Shown here in pieces: positions 1-13,689 of a stretch of 64,000 bases of DNA. The DNA lies in the NCBI GenBank assembly GCA_951406725.2, contig OX597827.1, forward strand, positions 7,068,001 to 7,132,000. The letters run 5' to 3'. A program made the position numbers and the translations under genes. Under the pieces are notes generated by a model, which had not been told where the DNA came from, made no database searches, and saw only the letters and a list, made by a program, of their open reading frames with translations. Each line of letters starts with the position of its first letter. Position 1 is the first letter of the stretch. Origin of the DNA: Octopus vulgaris. Its lineage: Eukaryota.

Positions 1-524
1 ATTTGGGATTAGCATTATATAATGCAAGTTGTATCTGACTCAACTTATTCTTCACATGTATCTTTTATTTGGTATTTAAATTAAGGTATCTCAGAATTAC
101 ATTCAGAAGAATTCTAATAAATTTTCTCCAAGATTCAGAGAGCAATTAACTTACATAATTATTACACCCCTTGGAATCTGAAAAGCTTTAAATTTGATCA
201 AATTTCTCAGTATTCCATATATTTTGTTTAGTGGCATCCATTTGTTGGAGGTACAATTCCAACAGAAAGAAAGGGTAACCACAGATGATAAACTAAGGTG
301 AGAGAGTGAGAGTATGGTGACACTATGGAGGAGAAAATGCAGATGGGAAGGCAGTGCTAGAAGGAATAATGAATGAGAAACAGTATAGGTGGAGTACAAT
401 GAGAGAGGGTGGAATGACTGGGTAATATGAGACTGTTGTGGCAGTTATGTGTTTGTTCATAAGGGAGAGTTGATTAATTGGCTGTAATAAAAATTGTTGC
501 TGGCAAAGGAGTACTATGGAAACT

Positions 525-734
525 CTCTTTTACTCTTTTACTTGTTTCAGTCATTTGACTGCGGCCATGATGGAGCACCGCCTTTAATCGAGCAACTCGA
601 CCCCGGGACTTATTCTTTTGTAAGCCCAGTACTTATTCTATCGGTCTCTTCTGCCGAACCGCTAAGTGACGGGGATGTAAACACACCAGCATCGGTTGTC
701 AAGCAATGCTAGGGGGACAAACACAGACACACAA

Positions 735-769
<35 letters not shown>

Positions 770-946
770 CATACATATATACGACAGGCTTCTTTCAGTT
801 TCCATCTACCAAATCCACTCACAAGGCTTTGGTCGGCCCGAGGCTATAGTAGAAGACACTTTCCCAAGGTGCCACGCAGTGGGACTGAACCGGGAACCAT
901 GTGGTTGGTAAGCAAGCTACTTACCACACAGCCACTCCTGCGCCTA
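525..946 (-). mobile_element. tRNA-derived SINE, family A (GGCGCAGGAGTGGCTGTGTGG head, internal TA/TG microsatellite, GTAAAAGA tail)
   Basis: A-box/B-box-like head; near-identical copy at 58121-58518; many partial copies in the window. Confidence 0.85.
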
Positions 947-1233
947 TGTGAATAATGCGTCACTTTAAGAGAAGCTGTAGTGTCTATACATACATACATA
1001 GGGTCATCATTTATTAGTATGTATAATTGAGTAGCATGCAGCTGTACCATGCTTTGTTAATCATGGGCTGAATACACTTGGGAACATACATATATACATA
1101 CATACATACATATGTAGTATTCTTAATTACAACATGCAATAGATTCTGCGTGCTTAATACAATGAAATATTGAACTCTTTTATAGTTTTACATGCATAAT
1201 AAAGAGCACACATAAACACAAACATAGAGAAAC

Positions 1234-1289
<56 letters not shown>
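1234..1289. repeat. (TAGA)n microsatellite
   Basis: Direct reading. Confidence 0.95.
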
Positions 1290-2278
1290 CGACCATGTAA
1301 ATTGAATTTAACTCGTATCTGACAACGAATACACAAATGTTAAACAAAGTAATCAATATAAACAAAAATTAATGATACGAATAAAAACTAAATATAAAGC
1401 CCCTGAAAACACTTTTCTCATCTGAATCTAACAGAACTCATTAGATTTTGAGATTACTTTGAATATTAGTACATGCACAATTAGTGTTGAATCTTATGTT
1501 AATTGACTCCAAGTCAACCATGATCGACAATTGTTGATCCCTATACGACACAACGAAATGTCTCCTGCCCATTCGAATGACGAATAGAGTGGGATTTGAG
1601 TGAGGTATGGGTGTTATTTTCAATAATCACGTTATGGCTCTATCGTTGGGTCACTAAGAATAAACTCTCTTGCAATGTGAGGAAAATTAGCTGCTATTTC
1701 TAATAGTCCCAATAACCACATAATGGCTCGATCGTGGGTTCATTAGAAGTAATCTCCCTTGATGATGAATCTGCCTAAGCTATCATTTAAAATTAATAAC
1801 AACCTACTGGAAATAGACTGTGCTATATTTTAAAATGAAACGAAAAAAAATATAAAAAAAAAGAAAAAAAGAAAAATAAATCAACGTAATCTACATCTTG
1901 TAATAATCACGCTTATTATTAACTTATATTATTATATTATTAACTTATATTCTAACTAAATATGACTTGATTGAGAAATATTGTATAAAACAAATACAGT
2001 AAATATTTTGATGGATGTAATAGCTATATATATATTTTTTGAAATAATGGTAAATTGAATATGTTCTTTCAAAAAATTAATTTTAAATACTTCTTGAAAA
2101 TGTATTTCGAACACTTAACTAAAGATCACAAAAAAAAAAAAAAGAAAATTCTTATTCAGGAAGTACTAATCTGATATATACTGATGTAGTTTTACAAAGA
2201 TGGTTGGTAACAAGGAGAGATAAACAAATATTTAAAGAACCAATTTACTTATCAAAATAACTTTTAATAAGTACTTAC

Positions 2279-2560
2279 CAACAGTTGTAAGTTGTTTATA
2301 CAGTTGTTACTGTGTTATTACAGTGTTCTGATAACAAAGTTGTAGCAATAGTTCTGAGTAGTTTGGTATGTAATAGTTTTATATAGTTCTCTCAAGTTCG
2401 TTGTGTAGTATGTAATGTGTGTTGTAGCCAATGACAAGCTGTCTATTATTCCAGTGCAAGGAAACGGAAATACAGCCTCCAGTTCTTGCAGTAAATGATG
2501 GGCTGACTCACAAAATATTTCACTTAGACAAACTCTTATTTAGACACATACATATACATG
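2279..2560 (-). promoter_or_regulatory. Conserved promoter block and non-coding first exon of a sixth protocadherin (coding exon off the left edge)
   Basis: 68-bp core 2457-2524 nearly identical to five other copies; TGACTCA 2504-2510; Inr-like TCATTT near 2496; donor TTG|gtaagt at 2279. Confidence 0.7.
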
Positions 2561-3384
2561 TGTGTGGTGAGAAAGTACACAACTAAATGGTTGAAAATAG
2601 GTTTTAAAGCTATGAAATATAAAATATCATATTTTAAAAATATGTTAGATTTTAAATTTAAGAGAGAAAAATTATTTTCTAACTTCAGTCAAAGTTACAA
2701 AACTTTTTATCTGAACTTCCACTTTGGTTTTACAAAATTATTTGCTTGAGACATCCTTAGAAAATGTAATTAAATGATATTTTGATGTGTTGATTTCATA
2801 AGATAAGTATTGATCTCATTTGAAAATATGTAATTATGGCTCCAAATAATTATGTTGAATGATGATTAGAATAGGGGTAATTCTTATTGGTATTTCTAGT
2901 TGAGAACTAATACTTTTGAAAAGGAAATAAATCTTTGTAAATTTCACATTTGAAACCTAAAATAAATATCCATTAAAATTGAAGCTTCTTCATTAAAAGA
3001 AGATCTGAATTCATTTCTAATATATTCATATGTCATGCATTCAATTTTCTATATTTTTCATTTCTGTCCATTTATTTCATTATTTATTTTTTTTGTTTGT
3101 CTTGGAAACTCCCATTTCACTTATCAACAAATCAATATTGCATATCGTTTTAACATAATAAATTATTCTTGAAAATTTGGACACAGAGTTAAATCTTTTG
3201 TTTATTTTTACAACATATCAAAAATATTTCAAAGAAGGAAATTATCATTGCCATTTTTTAACTTAAATAGAAATGTTTCTATTTCAGATTGGTTATAATT
3301 TCCATACTTTATCTTATCGTCAATGATTCTAACATGAAAATGACCAGAGAGTATGAAGAATAGGTGTGTTATATATTTCTTGCA

Positions 3385-3388
<4 letters not shown>

Positions 3389-3450
<62 letters not shown>

Positions 3451-3470
3451 GTATATATATATATTTATGT
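3389..3470. repeat. (TA)n microsatellite
   Basis: Direct reading. Confidence 0.95.
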
Positions 3471-4085
3471 ATATTCAGTTACCTTCAGTAAATATATTCT
3501 GATGGCTTCCATAACACTTATGGTGCTAAGTTCCTCCAAGCAAATTTTAGTAGGTATCAGTTGGTAATTTGGAAGAATATTTCATTATTAATTATACTAG
3601 TAATTCCAAATAGTTTGGTAATACTGTCATATTTTCTATCGTTATTCTTTGATGTGAATGAATTGACTTCAGTTAAAGATTAAAGAAAGCAAAATAAAAA
3701 GTCCTAATTGGTGAAAATTTATCGTAAGTTTATAAGTTCAACAAATGTTAGGTCAACGTTATATAACTTTTGTAAAATATATTCCAAAATATATCTTGAT
3801 CAAATATTAACATTAAAGTACTTTATAATTACTTTTAAGGTTTTCATTAAAATATTTGCTGTAATATACAAACTCTACTTTTACATAAGGTAAAGTTATT
3901 ATTGGTAGTGTTACTAGTAAGAGTAAGTTAAATTATGTGATTATCGAAAGAAGACCCTGGAAAATGACGAGCTAAGTTATAATTTGAACTTAGTAAGAAG
4001 ACAAACATAAAATGGTGCAAGGTTTTTTGACAGGTATTGTTCTGGTTTGGCAACTTCCTACCATTAATTACTAAATATTTTAGCA

Positions 4086-4378
4086 TTAGATATGCGATAT
4101 CGATAGAGGAGGTACCTCAGGTATTGTTGTTACTTTAGGTACAGCTGGTAGAGGTGGTTTACAGATAGAAGTGAAGGCACTTGTCATTGGTACTGAAGAT
4201 GGTTGTTCACTTATATTGGATGTGGTCCCAGTTATAGTCAAAGGTATTTGGTCGAGGTGACTAGAATTGTTAACATTTGGTTGATAGCAATAATTGTTAT
4301 CTCCCCTTGATCTGTTGATAGTGTGTGGAAGTTGATTTCTCCTATTCCATGTGTGATCACTTTGGTAACGACACAGAT
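4086..4378 (-). CDS. PCDH: Protocadherin gene 1, terminal coding exon (DLCRYQSD...PMTSAFTSICKPPLPAVPK...SHI*)
   Basis: tttccag acceptor; phase-1 frame matches exon 2 and is open to TAA at 4086-4088; homologous exon in the other four units. Confidence 0.85.
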
Positions 4379-5060
4379 CTGGAAATATATCGATTTATAG
4401 TTTAGCTTTCATAAGATTTTTATGCACTATAAATCGAAGTAAAATTTCTTATGAAGGTTGTTAGTAATGAATAATCGAAGTATGAATAACGTCTACTACG
4501 AAGATATGATTTCGTTTCACATTCAAAATAAGAATAAATGTTCCAAGTGTCTGAAAAGAACGATATTCGGTAATAATATTTTATATATTTATAAATGAGT
4601 GTGCGTGTGTGTGCATAGCACTGCTGGAGCATGGTATAAACTACCTGCATCAGATGTTAGCTGTCTAGACATTACATCCTTCAAAATTTCCATACACCTT
4701 GCAATTCGCTAACAGTACACCCCACACCGTTTCATTGTTTTTTTAAAGAATTTCTCACTGTTCACTTCTTGTGCGTATTCTGTGTACTGTTCATGCTTTC
4801 TCTTACGAGTGGTACACTCTTTGATGAGTAGTAGTGCACCTAAGCACTGTATATATACAAGAAGTTCATTATATTATATTACACTTCTCTCTCTTCCTCT
4901 CTAACAAACATTCTTTCAAAAAGAAATCGATTATATTCAGACCTGGAGAGGTATGTGGTCTACAAGGTTTAAAATCTCCAGGTCACACTACATCTCATAA
5001 TGACACCCTCCATTTATATCAGTCTTTAAGGGTACCCCCATAACCACCACACACACAGAC

Positions 5061-5063
<3 letters not shown>

Positions 5064-5139
<76 letters not shown>

Positions 5140-5142
5140 GTA

Positions 5143-5175
<33 letters not shown>
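5064..5175. repeat. Compound (TG)n(TA)n(TATG)n microsatellite
   Basis: Direct reading. Confidence 0.95.
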
Positions 5176-5176
<1 letters not shown>

Positions 5177-5504
5177 GTGGTAGGGTTCTCCTTTACAAAA
5201 GTAAAATTAGTAATTTCCTTGCAAAGAAAATTATATAAATGGCATAAGCATTGGCATGGCTGTGTGGGTAAGAATTTCACTTGTCAATCCAATGGCTTCT
5301 AATTTAATCTCACTGCATGGAACCCAGGGTAAGTGCCTTATAACACAGCCCTAGACTGACAAAAGCTTTGTGAATGTTGAATGGAAACTGCCGAAAAAAA
5401 AAGATTGTGTGCATGTGTTTGGGGTGAGTACTTATGTGGCCTTGACTTGATGTCATGTGATAGTTGTCAACAACCATCAGAATCACACAAGCGATGTTGT
5501 GCTT

Positions 5505-5554
<50 letters not shown>

Positions 5555-5853
5555 AATTATTGTATGCAGTGCTCAGGTGCACCACAACTTGTCAAAAGTG
5601 TGTATAAAGCATATGTATTTCTAGTATTTCATTAAAAAAAGCATTTTAAGCCTTCTGGAAAGGATGTCTTTTTTGGACACAAATGACGATTAGTGACAGG
5701 ATGGACATCAGGCATAAAAAGCAGGTTTTGTTCAGCTCATACAACCATTGAAGCAGGAACATTAAAACTAATGATGATGGTAACTGACTGTATTAAAATA
5801 CATTTACAAATTATTAGAGTATATTGTAAAAATATTCAGTACCACTAACTTAC

Positions 5854-6004
5854 CTGGCAGTTCCTCATAATGTCCAGCACTACTGACACTCCAGCCATGA
5901 CCACTATCAGTGAGAGATGACAATGTTGACATCTCATTGAATTGGTCAAAACTGTTTAATTCTCTGTAACCCGGAGTCATACTCTCTTCTTTTGGTACAA
6001 ACAT
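5854..6004 (-). CDS. PCDH: Protocadherin gene 1, cytoplasmic exon 2 (MFVPKEE...TDSGHGWS...HYEELP)
   Basis: ttttag acceptor, G|gtaagt donor, 151 nt, phase 0 to phase 1; conserved in all five units; CM1-like DSGHG motif. Confidence 0.9.
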
Positions 6005-6291
6005 CTAAAATAGTAGAAAAAATCCAATGCATTCCATAATAATTCTAGTTTTGTGTGCATATTATTAGGTGTAACATCAAGTATAACCATTTATATAGAT
6101 CATATTAATTATCATGTTAGTTAGTATAAAATTTTAAACAGTAATCTAGAATCTTCATCTTTGAAATTAGAACTGATCAAATGTGATTAACCATATTCTT
6201 TTATATTCTGTGGAAGTACTCCTAAAGTTCTCAAGAAATTTCTTCAAATTTCATGCTACTACTGGAATTTAAAAAGTGAATATTATCTCAC

Positions 6292-8688
6292 CTGTTCATG
6301 TTGTCTTAATGTCCGATTATCCCATCTATCACTTGGCATGGTTCTGCAGTAAGTATCTTCCTTATAAACCTGTGATTCTTGAGATGGCTTCAGATTTCTC
6401 GACATTGTGTACGAAATGCCAGGTGGAACACAGGTAGGATCAAATATATATTTTGATTGTACGTTTAATGCAGGTGTAACCTTGTGGTACATATCAACAC
6501 TGTTGTTATAGTTGCTGTCTGTCTGCTTCAGTCTATGAACTATACAGATCGATATAGAGATCACTATGACAACTGATACGATCACAGCTGCTACAACAAT
6601 AACAATCATCACATTCAATTGGAGACCATTACTTGATTCTGTTGTTGTCTTCGAAGGGGTCTTAAATATCTTTGATGTGCTGTTACTAACTGTTAGAGTC
6701 AAAGACAAAGTTGTTGTCGATGACAGAACTGGACTGCCACTGTCTTTCACACCTAATTCCAGTTCATAGAATCCAGCATCATTTTGGTAAAGTGAGCGAG
6801 AGAAAGATAAGACACCAGAGTGATGGTTCATTTGAAATAAGTGTTTCTCATTACCTCTGAGTATTTCATATGTGAGGAAGGCATTGTGTTGACTGTCTCT
6901 GTCAGAGGCCCTAACAACTGTGATATCCTGGTCAGAGTGGGGATGGTAGTGGACATTAAGACTGAAAGGGTCAACATTAGGGAAACTGAAATAGGGAGCA
7001 TTGTCATTTAAATCCATAACCTCAACAACAACATTTGCTCTCTTCTCCAGTGATGGTGTTCCTTTATCTTTTACTAAAACCTTAAACTCATATAGGTTCT
7101 TTTCTTCTCTGTCTAGGGACTCAGTTGTGGAAATGAATCCCACATCAGATATCTGAAATGGTAGAATATCTTTTCCATTAGATAATAGAGAATAGGTTAA
7201 TTGCCCTCCATCTCCAATATCTGGGTCTGTGGCATTGACTTGTCCAACAGGGAAGTCTTTGTGTTCATTTTCATAGGTGAGAAACTTAAATATGTCCTGA
7301 CTAAACTGAGGTTGTACATCATTTATGTCAGTAACCAGCATAGAAAACTGTTTCTCTACTTTCAATGGAGGTAAACCATTATCTTGACATTTAATGGTGA
7401 AATTAAATCTTTTCTCACTCTCTCTATCTATTTCACTCTTGACAACAACTTTGTATTTCGTTTCAGACTCTGAGATTAGCTGAAGGTATCTGTTTTGTAA
7501 ATGACAGTTCACTTGTCCATTTACTCCATTGTCATTGTCGGTAACTTTGACATAAGCAACAAAACTGCCAATTTTAGATGCTTCTGAGATGACAGCTGTT
7601 TTTCCAGTTGACTTAATGACAAATCTGAAGTCAATGTTTGGTGGATTGTTAAGATGAGTGATTCCATTTATTAGAACAGTAACAGTTGAGGACATAGGTG
7701 GTTTACCATTATCTCTGGCTTCAATAAATAGCTCATAAATTTTACCAAAATTAAAGTCTTTCTTCAAAAATACTTCTCCTGTTGCTTCATCTAATTGAAA
7801 GTACTCTTTTACCATTTTGGGTGTTTTAGCATTATTGAAGACATAAGAAATTCTTCCATTTTCTCCTACATCTAAATCTGTAGCAGACAACCTTACAACA
7901 GGTTTGTTTACATCATGTTTATCATTTATAGTGACATTGTAAATATTCTGGGAGAATACAGGGTAGTTATCGTTTTTATCTTCTACAAATATTTTTATAT
8001 CCAGTACACCTTCCTTTGATGGAGATCCTTCATCTTTAGCAATTAACCGAATATTGTAAATGTCTTTTGTCTCACGGTCCAAGTTACCCTCCAAAATTAG
8101 TTGTAATAGATCTGTTCCATCTGGTTTTTTAGAAACAAACACCTGAAATGGTATATCCACTTTCTCTTTGAGTTGGTAAGTTAGCTTAGAATTCTGAATG
8201 CTAATATCATTATCAATGGCATTTGGAAGTGTTTCTTTTCTTCCTTTTGTCATACTTTCATCATATTTTAAATGAAATTCTTTGTTTGGGAAAATAGGAT
8301 AATTATCATTGACATCTTCTATCATAACTTTGATTTCTAATATCTTAATAACAGAATGGCCTTCTTGAAGTGCCATTTCTAATATCCTGAAACATTCCAC
8401 ATTATATTGACATAGAGATTCTGCATCCAATATGGCAGCTGTGTACAGTTTTCCTCCAGGTGTAACATTGAATAACTGAACATTTTCCTCAGTACTACCC
8501 TGGAGTACATTAAATGTCAGTTTGTTGTTATCATCTTGAGTCTGCATATTATCCAATAAGTGTGTATCAGTGACAATATCTCCAATATAGCTGTGTATAT
8601 CATTGTTCTCTTTTACATGGTAGATATGGTCCACACACAGACAGCTTTCAGCTATCAATAGCAAAGCCAATAATTTCATTGGAAACAT
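6292..8688 (-). CDS. PCDH: Protocadherin gene 1, large coding exon (signal peptide, EC1-EC6, TM, juxtamembrane); spliced product ~946 aa
   Basis: 801-aa ORF with cadherin motifs (DVNDNYP, LDRE, DKNDNYP, DINDVQP, DLNDNAP, AxDxD), EC1 C-x5-C (LCQYNVEC) and TM VMIVIVVAAVIVSVVIVISISICIV; acceptor ttttcag before 8695; donor CAG|gtgaga at 6292. Confidence 0.97.
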
Positions 8689-8984
8689 TTTTGAACTGAA
8701 AAAAAAAAAAAATTTGACTTGAAATTCATATTAAAAAATGTGAATATAATAAATATAATGTAGCTTTTAATTCCATGAATTCAATCTCTAGTTTTAATTT
8801 GGTTTATGATATACTTATCAGAGAGAAAAAGATGTGTGTTTCCTTGTTCCCCTTTTATGTGACTGGTCGGTATTTCAAGAGTAACATCAGTCAGACATCA
8901 GCAACAATAAACATAGAAGTGCTGACATCAATCAAATTATTTGATGGAATTTGATTAACTTGCCTGAAATGAAAGCATATATAT

Positions 8985-9141
8985 GTGCAGGAGTGGCTGT
9001 GTGATAAGCTTACTTCCCAACAACATGGTTCTGAGTTCAGTCCCACTGTGTGGCACCTTGGTCAAGTCTCTTCAGTTACAGTCTAACCAAACACTTGTGG
9101 AAGGTATTTGAATATTTGGTAGATGGAAACAGAAAGAGGTC

Positions 9142-9193
<52 letters not shown>

Positions 9194-9405
9194 ATGCATG
9201 CGTGTCTCTTTGTGCTTTTCTGCCAACACTGCTTGACAACTGGTGTTGTTTTGTGTAAAGTCTCTGAAACTTAGCAGTTTGGCAAAAGAGACCAATAGCA
9301 TAAATATCGATCTTAAAAACCATGTACTATAGTCGATTTCTTCATTTAAACCCTTCAAAGTGTTGCCCAAGCATGGTCACAGTCCAATGACTGAAGCAAG
9401 TTAAA
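8985..9405 (+). mobile_element. SINE family A, diverged, in intron 1 of gene 1
   Basis: gtgcaggagtggctgtgtg head, (GT)n centre, gcatggtcacagtccaatgactgaagcaag tail. Confidence 0.8.
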
Positions 9406-9569
9406 AAACAAAAAGTGGGGGATATGACAGAGAGAGGAGGAGAAGACAAATACAAAATACATACATAGCCATGTTATAATTAGTTACCATATACCTCTTA
9501 CAATATATTCTATACTATACCATTTTACACTTCTGACCTGATAAAACAATGGGAATACACACACATATA

Positions 9570-10082
9570 CCGTAAATCCTCGAGTATAGTCTGCCCTTGA
9601 GTATAATATGCAGAGCATTTTTAGGGGGCTGTACCTCTGAAAAACCTAAACTTTGTGTATAATACGGACCCCTTCTCTAACTTGAGTCAAGGAGGTCTAT
9701 ATAACGTCCTTGGTTTGTAAAAATGTATACGGTAACATCCTTTATTATTATTGTGTATATACCATAATGCAAACGTGTATCTATTTTGTGTATTTTGTTT
9801 GCAGAAATTAAAGAAATAACAGTAATAACGTTTAATAAATGCTGCTTACTGCAAGTTATGAATGATTCTTTTATGAATGATTCTTTTATGACTTCATTGC
9901 TTTCAGGCTTAGCTTAAGGTATTTTCACGCCCGACATCATAAAATGCATCTGAACAAACATTACTGGACAGCAATTGCTTAGAAAATAATTTTCAATTTT
10001 TAACTTCGTATATAGTACACACCAGGGATTTTGACCTTTAAATTTTGGGGAAAAAATGCAGATTATACTCGAGGATTTACAG
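9570..10082. mobile_element. Non-autonomous Tc1/mariner-superfamily MITE
   Basis: TIRs CCGTAAATCCTCGAGTATA / TATACTCGAGGATTTACAG with TA on both sides (9568-9569, 10083-10084); no ORF; seen only in unit 1. Confidence 0.85.
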
Positions 10083-11124
10083 TACTTTACTTTCAAAATA
10101 TGCTCAAAATAATGCTGATGTTTTTAATATGACAATTTTTTTTGTGAGTTTTCAGAGTGAGAAAATGTTGTACAGAATACCTTGTGGTATTCATTCCTGC
10201 TCTATGTAACCTTTGTTCAAATCTTGTAATGATCAACTTCAACATACATTTTTTCAGGGTCGTTAATTAAAGTACAATTTCAGCATTGGATTGATCCTTC
10301 TTCCCTATCTTTCTGACACTCTCTTGTCTCTGGGATAGATCCCTAATAAAAGGTTTCAAGATTACATCAAAAATTTCATATCTACACTTACAGTAGTTAT
10401 GCTGCATAACTCAATTCTCCAGCTACGTGCCTAGCAAGAACGAGTAGACCTTTGATTCAAGGCATTCAAGCTAAGAACATCATATTTTCTTATAGAAGAT
10501 TTGAAAAAATGCACTGTTACGTGACATTCCATTTCTAAAGGCTGCAGGATACGAATCGAGGGAGATTTAGCTGTTATCTCTAGCAGGTCAAGCAACATCG
10601 TTAAAAAATCCTCCCTCATTAGTGCGTTAAGAGTAACCTCCCTTGCTAATAACACTTCACAGTCGCTCATTCATAAAAGGAACCATTCTAAAGAAAATAG
10701 AAAACTGTATTTCACAATATAGAACAAAAACTTGATAAAAAAGGCAACTAATATAATCTACATCCTGTCATTATCATAATTATATCCAATCATTATTAGC
10801 TTCAACTATTATTATATAGACGATAAGACTGAGAATACTGAAGAAAGAAATATGTATTCAAAGAATTTAATTCTTATATAGCTGTTAAAATAACAATAAA
10901 CAGTTTTTCTATTATTTTGAAACGACCAGGCTTCATCATTTGTAGAAAATGTATTGGAAATAATTAAGTAAAAGACGTTTGAATATAACATTGTAATACA
11001 GGAAGTACTAATCTGACTTATACATTGATGTAGTATTTCCAGGATTGTAGGTTACTAGTAGACAGATGAACAAATATCTGAAGAACCAATTTACATAACA
11101 AAATAACTTTTAATAAATACTTAC

Positions 11125-11415
11125 CAACAGTTGTCAGTTGTTTATATTGTTGTTAATGAACTTTTTCAAAGTTCTGGCAACACAAAGTTTTAATAGTGGC
11201 AGTAGTTCTGAGTAGTTTGGTATGTAATAGTTTTATATAGTACTATCAAGCTGGTTGTGTAGTATGTAATGTGTGTTGTAGCCAATGACAAGCTGTCTTT
11301 TATTCCAATGCAAGGAAACGGAAATACAGCCTCCAGTTCTTGCAGTAAATGATGGGCTGACTCACAAAATATTTCACTGAGACACACTCATGTATAGATA
11401 CATACATATACATGT
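11125..11415 (-). promoter_or_regulatory. Promoter block and non-coding first exon of gene 1
   Basis: Core 11311-11378; donor TTG|gtaagt at 11125, ~2.4 kb above the coding-exon acceptor. Confidence 0.75.
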
Positions 11416-12544
11416 GTGTGTTGTTAGAAGGTACCCAACTAAATGGATGGAAATATTAATAAGGTTTTAAGTAATGAAATATAAAATTAAAGTATATTAA
11501 AAATATATAATATTTTAATTTCAATGCATAAAAGTTATTTTCTAACTTCAGTCAAAGTTGCAAAACTTTTCATCTCAGATTTCTCTTTGGTTTTACAAAA
11601 TTATCTGCTTGAGACAAACTTGATAAATTTTATTGAATAATATTTTTAAAAGTTAATTTCCTTAAAAATTGTTGAACTCATTTGAAAATACGAAATTATG
11701 GCTCCAAATAATTGTGTTGAATAATGATTAGAAAATGGGCACTTATTTCTAATGTTCCTTGTAGAGAAATAAAAAGTATGAAATGGAAAATGTGTCTATG
11801 GAATTTTCACATTTGAGACTTAACATAAATATCAATTAAAATTGAAGCCTATCCATTAAATTAAGTAACAAATGGAATTCCTTTCTGATATATATATAAA
11901 TATATATAATGGATCTAATTTTCTTTTTCTTTCTTTTTATTTTTCGCCACCTTTTTGGAAAGCTAATCAAGAATGCATATTTTTTATATTTCTTTGAAAT
12001 GGTAATCTAATGCTGAAAATTTAGGAACAGAGAAAAGTATTTTGTATACTTTGACTACATAACAAAAATACTTTTAAGGAGAAGAAATATTGCTTTTCCA
12101 GGGCTTAGATAAAACTGTTTCTTTTTAAGTTTAAGTTAACTATTGAAATTATGCAAGTTTCAATAGATTTTATAAGAAAATGTCCAGAAAGTACAATGGA
12201 GAATTGTGTTATATATTTTTGTATAGCTTCCCTATGCATATATATATCCAGATATCTTCAGTATATATAATGATAACTTCAATAACGTACATAGTTATAA
12301 GTTTCTCAGTAAAAACTTTGGTAGATATCAACTGGTAGTTTGTGAGAATATTTCATTCTTAACTGTACCAGTCATGCCAAATACTTTGGTAATTCTGTCA
12401 TATTTTCTGTTTGTAATTCCTTAGTATAAATGAATTTACTTCAATTAAAGATTAAATAAGAAAAAATTATCATAAATTTATAACTTTATGAAATGTTATG
12501 ATGATGTTAATATTAATATTAAATTCTTTATAATTACTTTTCAT

Positions 12545-12628
12545 CAACCCCAAAAGGATGAAAGGCAAAGTCGACCTCTGTGGAATTTGAAATCAGAACA
12601 TAAAGACAGATGAAATACCACTAAGAAA
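12545..12628 (-). mobile_element. SINE family C fragment (paralogous copies ~21733-21890, 30770-30855, 39742-39828)
   Basis: aaaggatgaaaggcaaagtcgacctc core; flanked by ttataatt(a/c)cttttcat direct repeat; absent at the homologous site near 3825. Confidence 0.7.
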
Positions 12629-12900
12629 TTATAATTCCTTTTCATACTTTCATTGAGATATTTGTAGTAATAGACAAGCTCTACTTTTATATAAGATAAA
12701 ATTGTTTTTGGTCTTGTCTCTAGTAAGAGGAAGTAAAATTATGTAAGCTGCTAAAGAAGACTGGCAAATAATTGGCAAAGTCTTCTGTGGTAGAATACGA
12801 TTTGAAATTAGTACACAAATATAAGATACGGTCAGGATTTTAGGCAGTCCTTGTTCTAGTTTCTGCTGCTACCTGTCATTGGTTTCTAAATAGTGCAGCA

Positions 12901-13223
12901 TTAGTTCTGTGGTGCTGATAGAGGTGGTACTTGAGGTATTGAAGGTACCTTTGGTAATGTTGTTACTTTAGGTACAGCTGGCAGAAGTGGTTTACAGTTT
13001 GAAATAAAGGCACTTGTCATTGGCACCGTAGGTGATTGTTCAGTTGTATTAGATGTGGTCCCAGCTGTAGTGAAAGGTATTTGGTCGAGATGATAAGAAG
13101 GGTTCTTGTCGACATTTGGTTGGTAGGGATAGCCATTGTTGTTATCTCCCCTTGATCTGTCGAGAGTGTGTTGAGGGTGATTCCTTCTATTCCATGTATG
13201 ATCACTTTGATAACGACATAGAT
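12901..13223 (-). CDS. PCDH: Protocadherin gene 2, terminal coding exon
   Basis: cttccag acceptor, 323 nt, phase-1 open frame DLCRYQSD...PMTSAFISNCKPLLPAVPK...PQN*. Confidence 0.85.
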
Positions 13224-13689
13224 CTGGAAGTATATCGATTTATTGGCTGTTTTTTTTTCAGGCATAATGAATAAAAACAAACTGTTTTAAACAGGTTTAT
13301 AGCAAGGAAAAATCAAAGCATTATATTTTAACAAAAATTAGTATATTTTAACAAAAAAAAAAGCTATGCCCCAGCTATTCTGTCTAGAGTGAACACCATG
13401 CTCTGTGATATCTTGGGATTCAAGGGTCCACAGCTATTTAATGTCTCGTCCAAACATCTCAGGGATCTTCATGGAGTGGAGTAGATGTTTTCAAGGAATA
13501 ACTTGACCTCTTGCTATCCACTGTCCCAGATGAAACTGTATTACAGCAGGAAACTCAGGAGAGAGCAAACAGTGTTGGACTCCTTCCATCACTAAAAGCA
13601 AATCATGTAAGATTGGCCATTGAAAACATGATTTCAGCCTTAGCACAGAATCGTATAAATAAATAAATAAATTCCCGTTCAGGTGCCAA

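Noticed and set aside
2484-2510. CTCF site in the promoter core
   Set aside because: TGCAGT is present but no CCASYAGRKGGC-like core follows
6566-6769. Conserved 67-aa plus-strand ORF repeated in all five units
   Set aside because: Antisense shadow of the homogenised TM/EC6 coding region
11190-11387. 63-92 aa ORFs over the conserved promoter block
   Set aside because: Non-ATG starts, differing ends, extends upstream of the predicted start site; conservation looks nucleotide-level
13017-13280. 87-aa ORF and its copies at 22335, 31243, 40272
   Set aside because: Alternative frame over the terminal exon; length varies between copies while the spliced frame is constant
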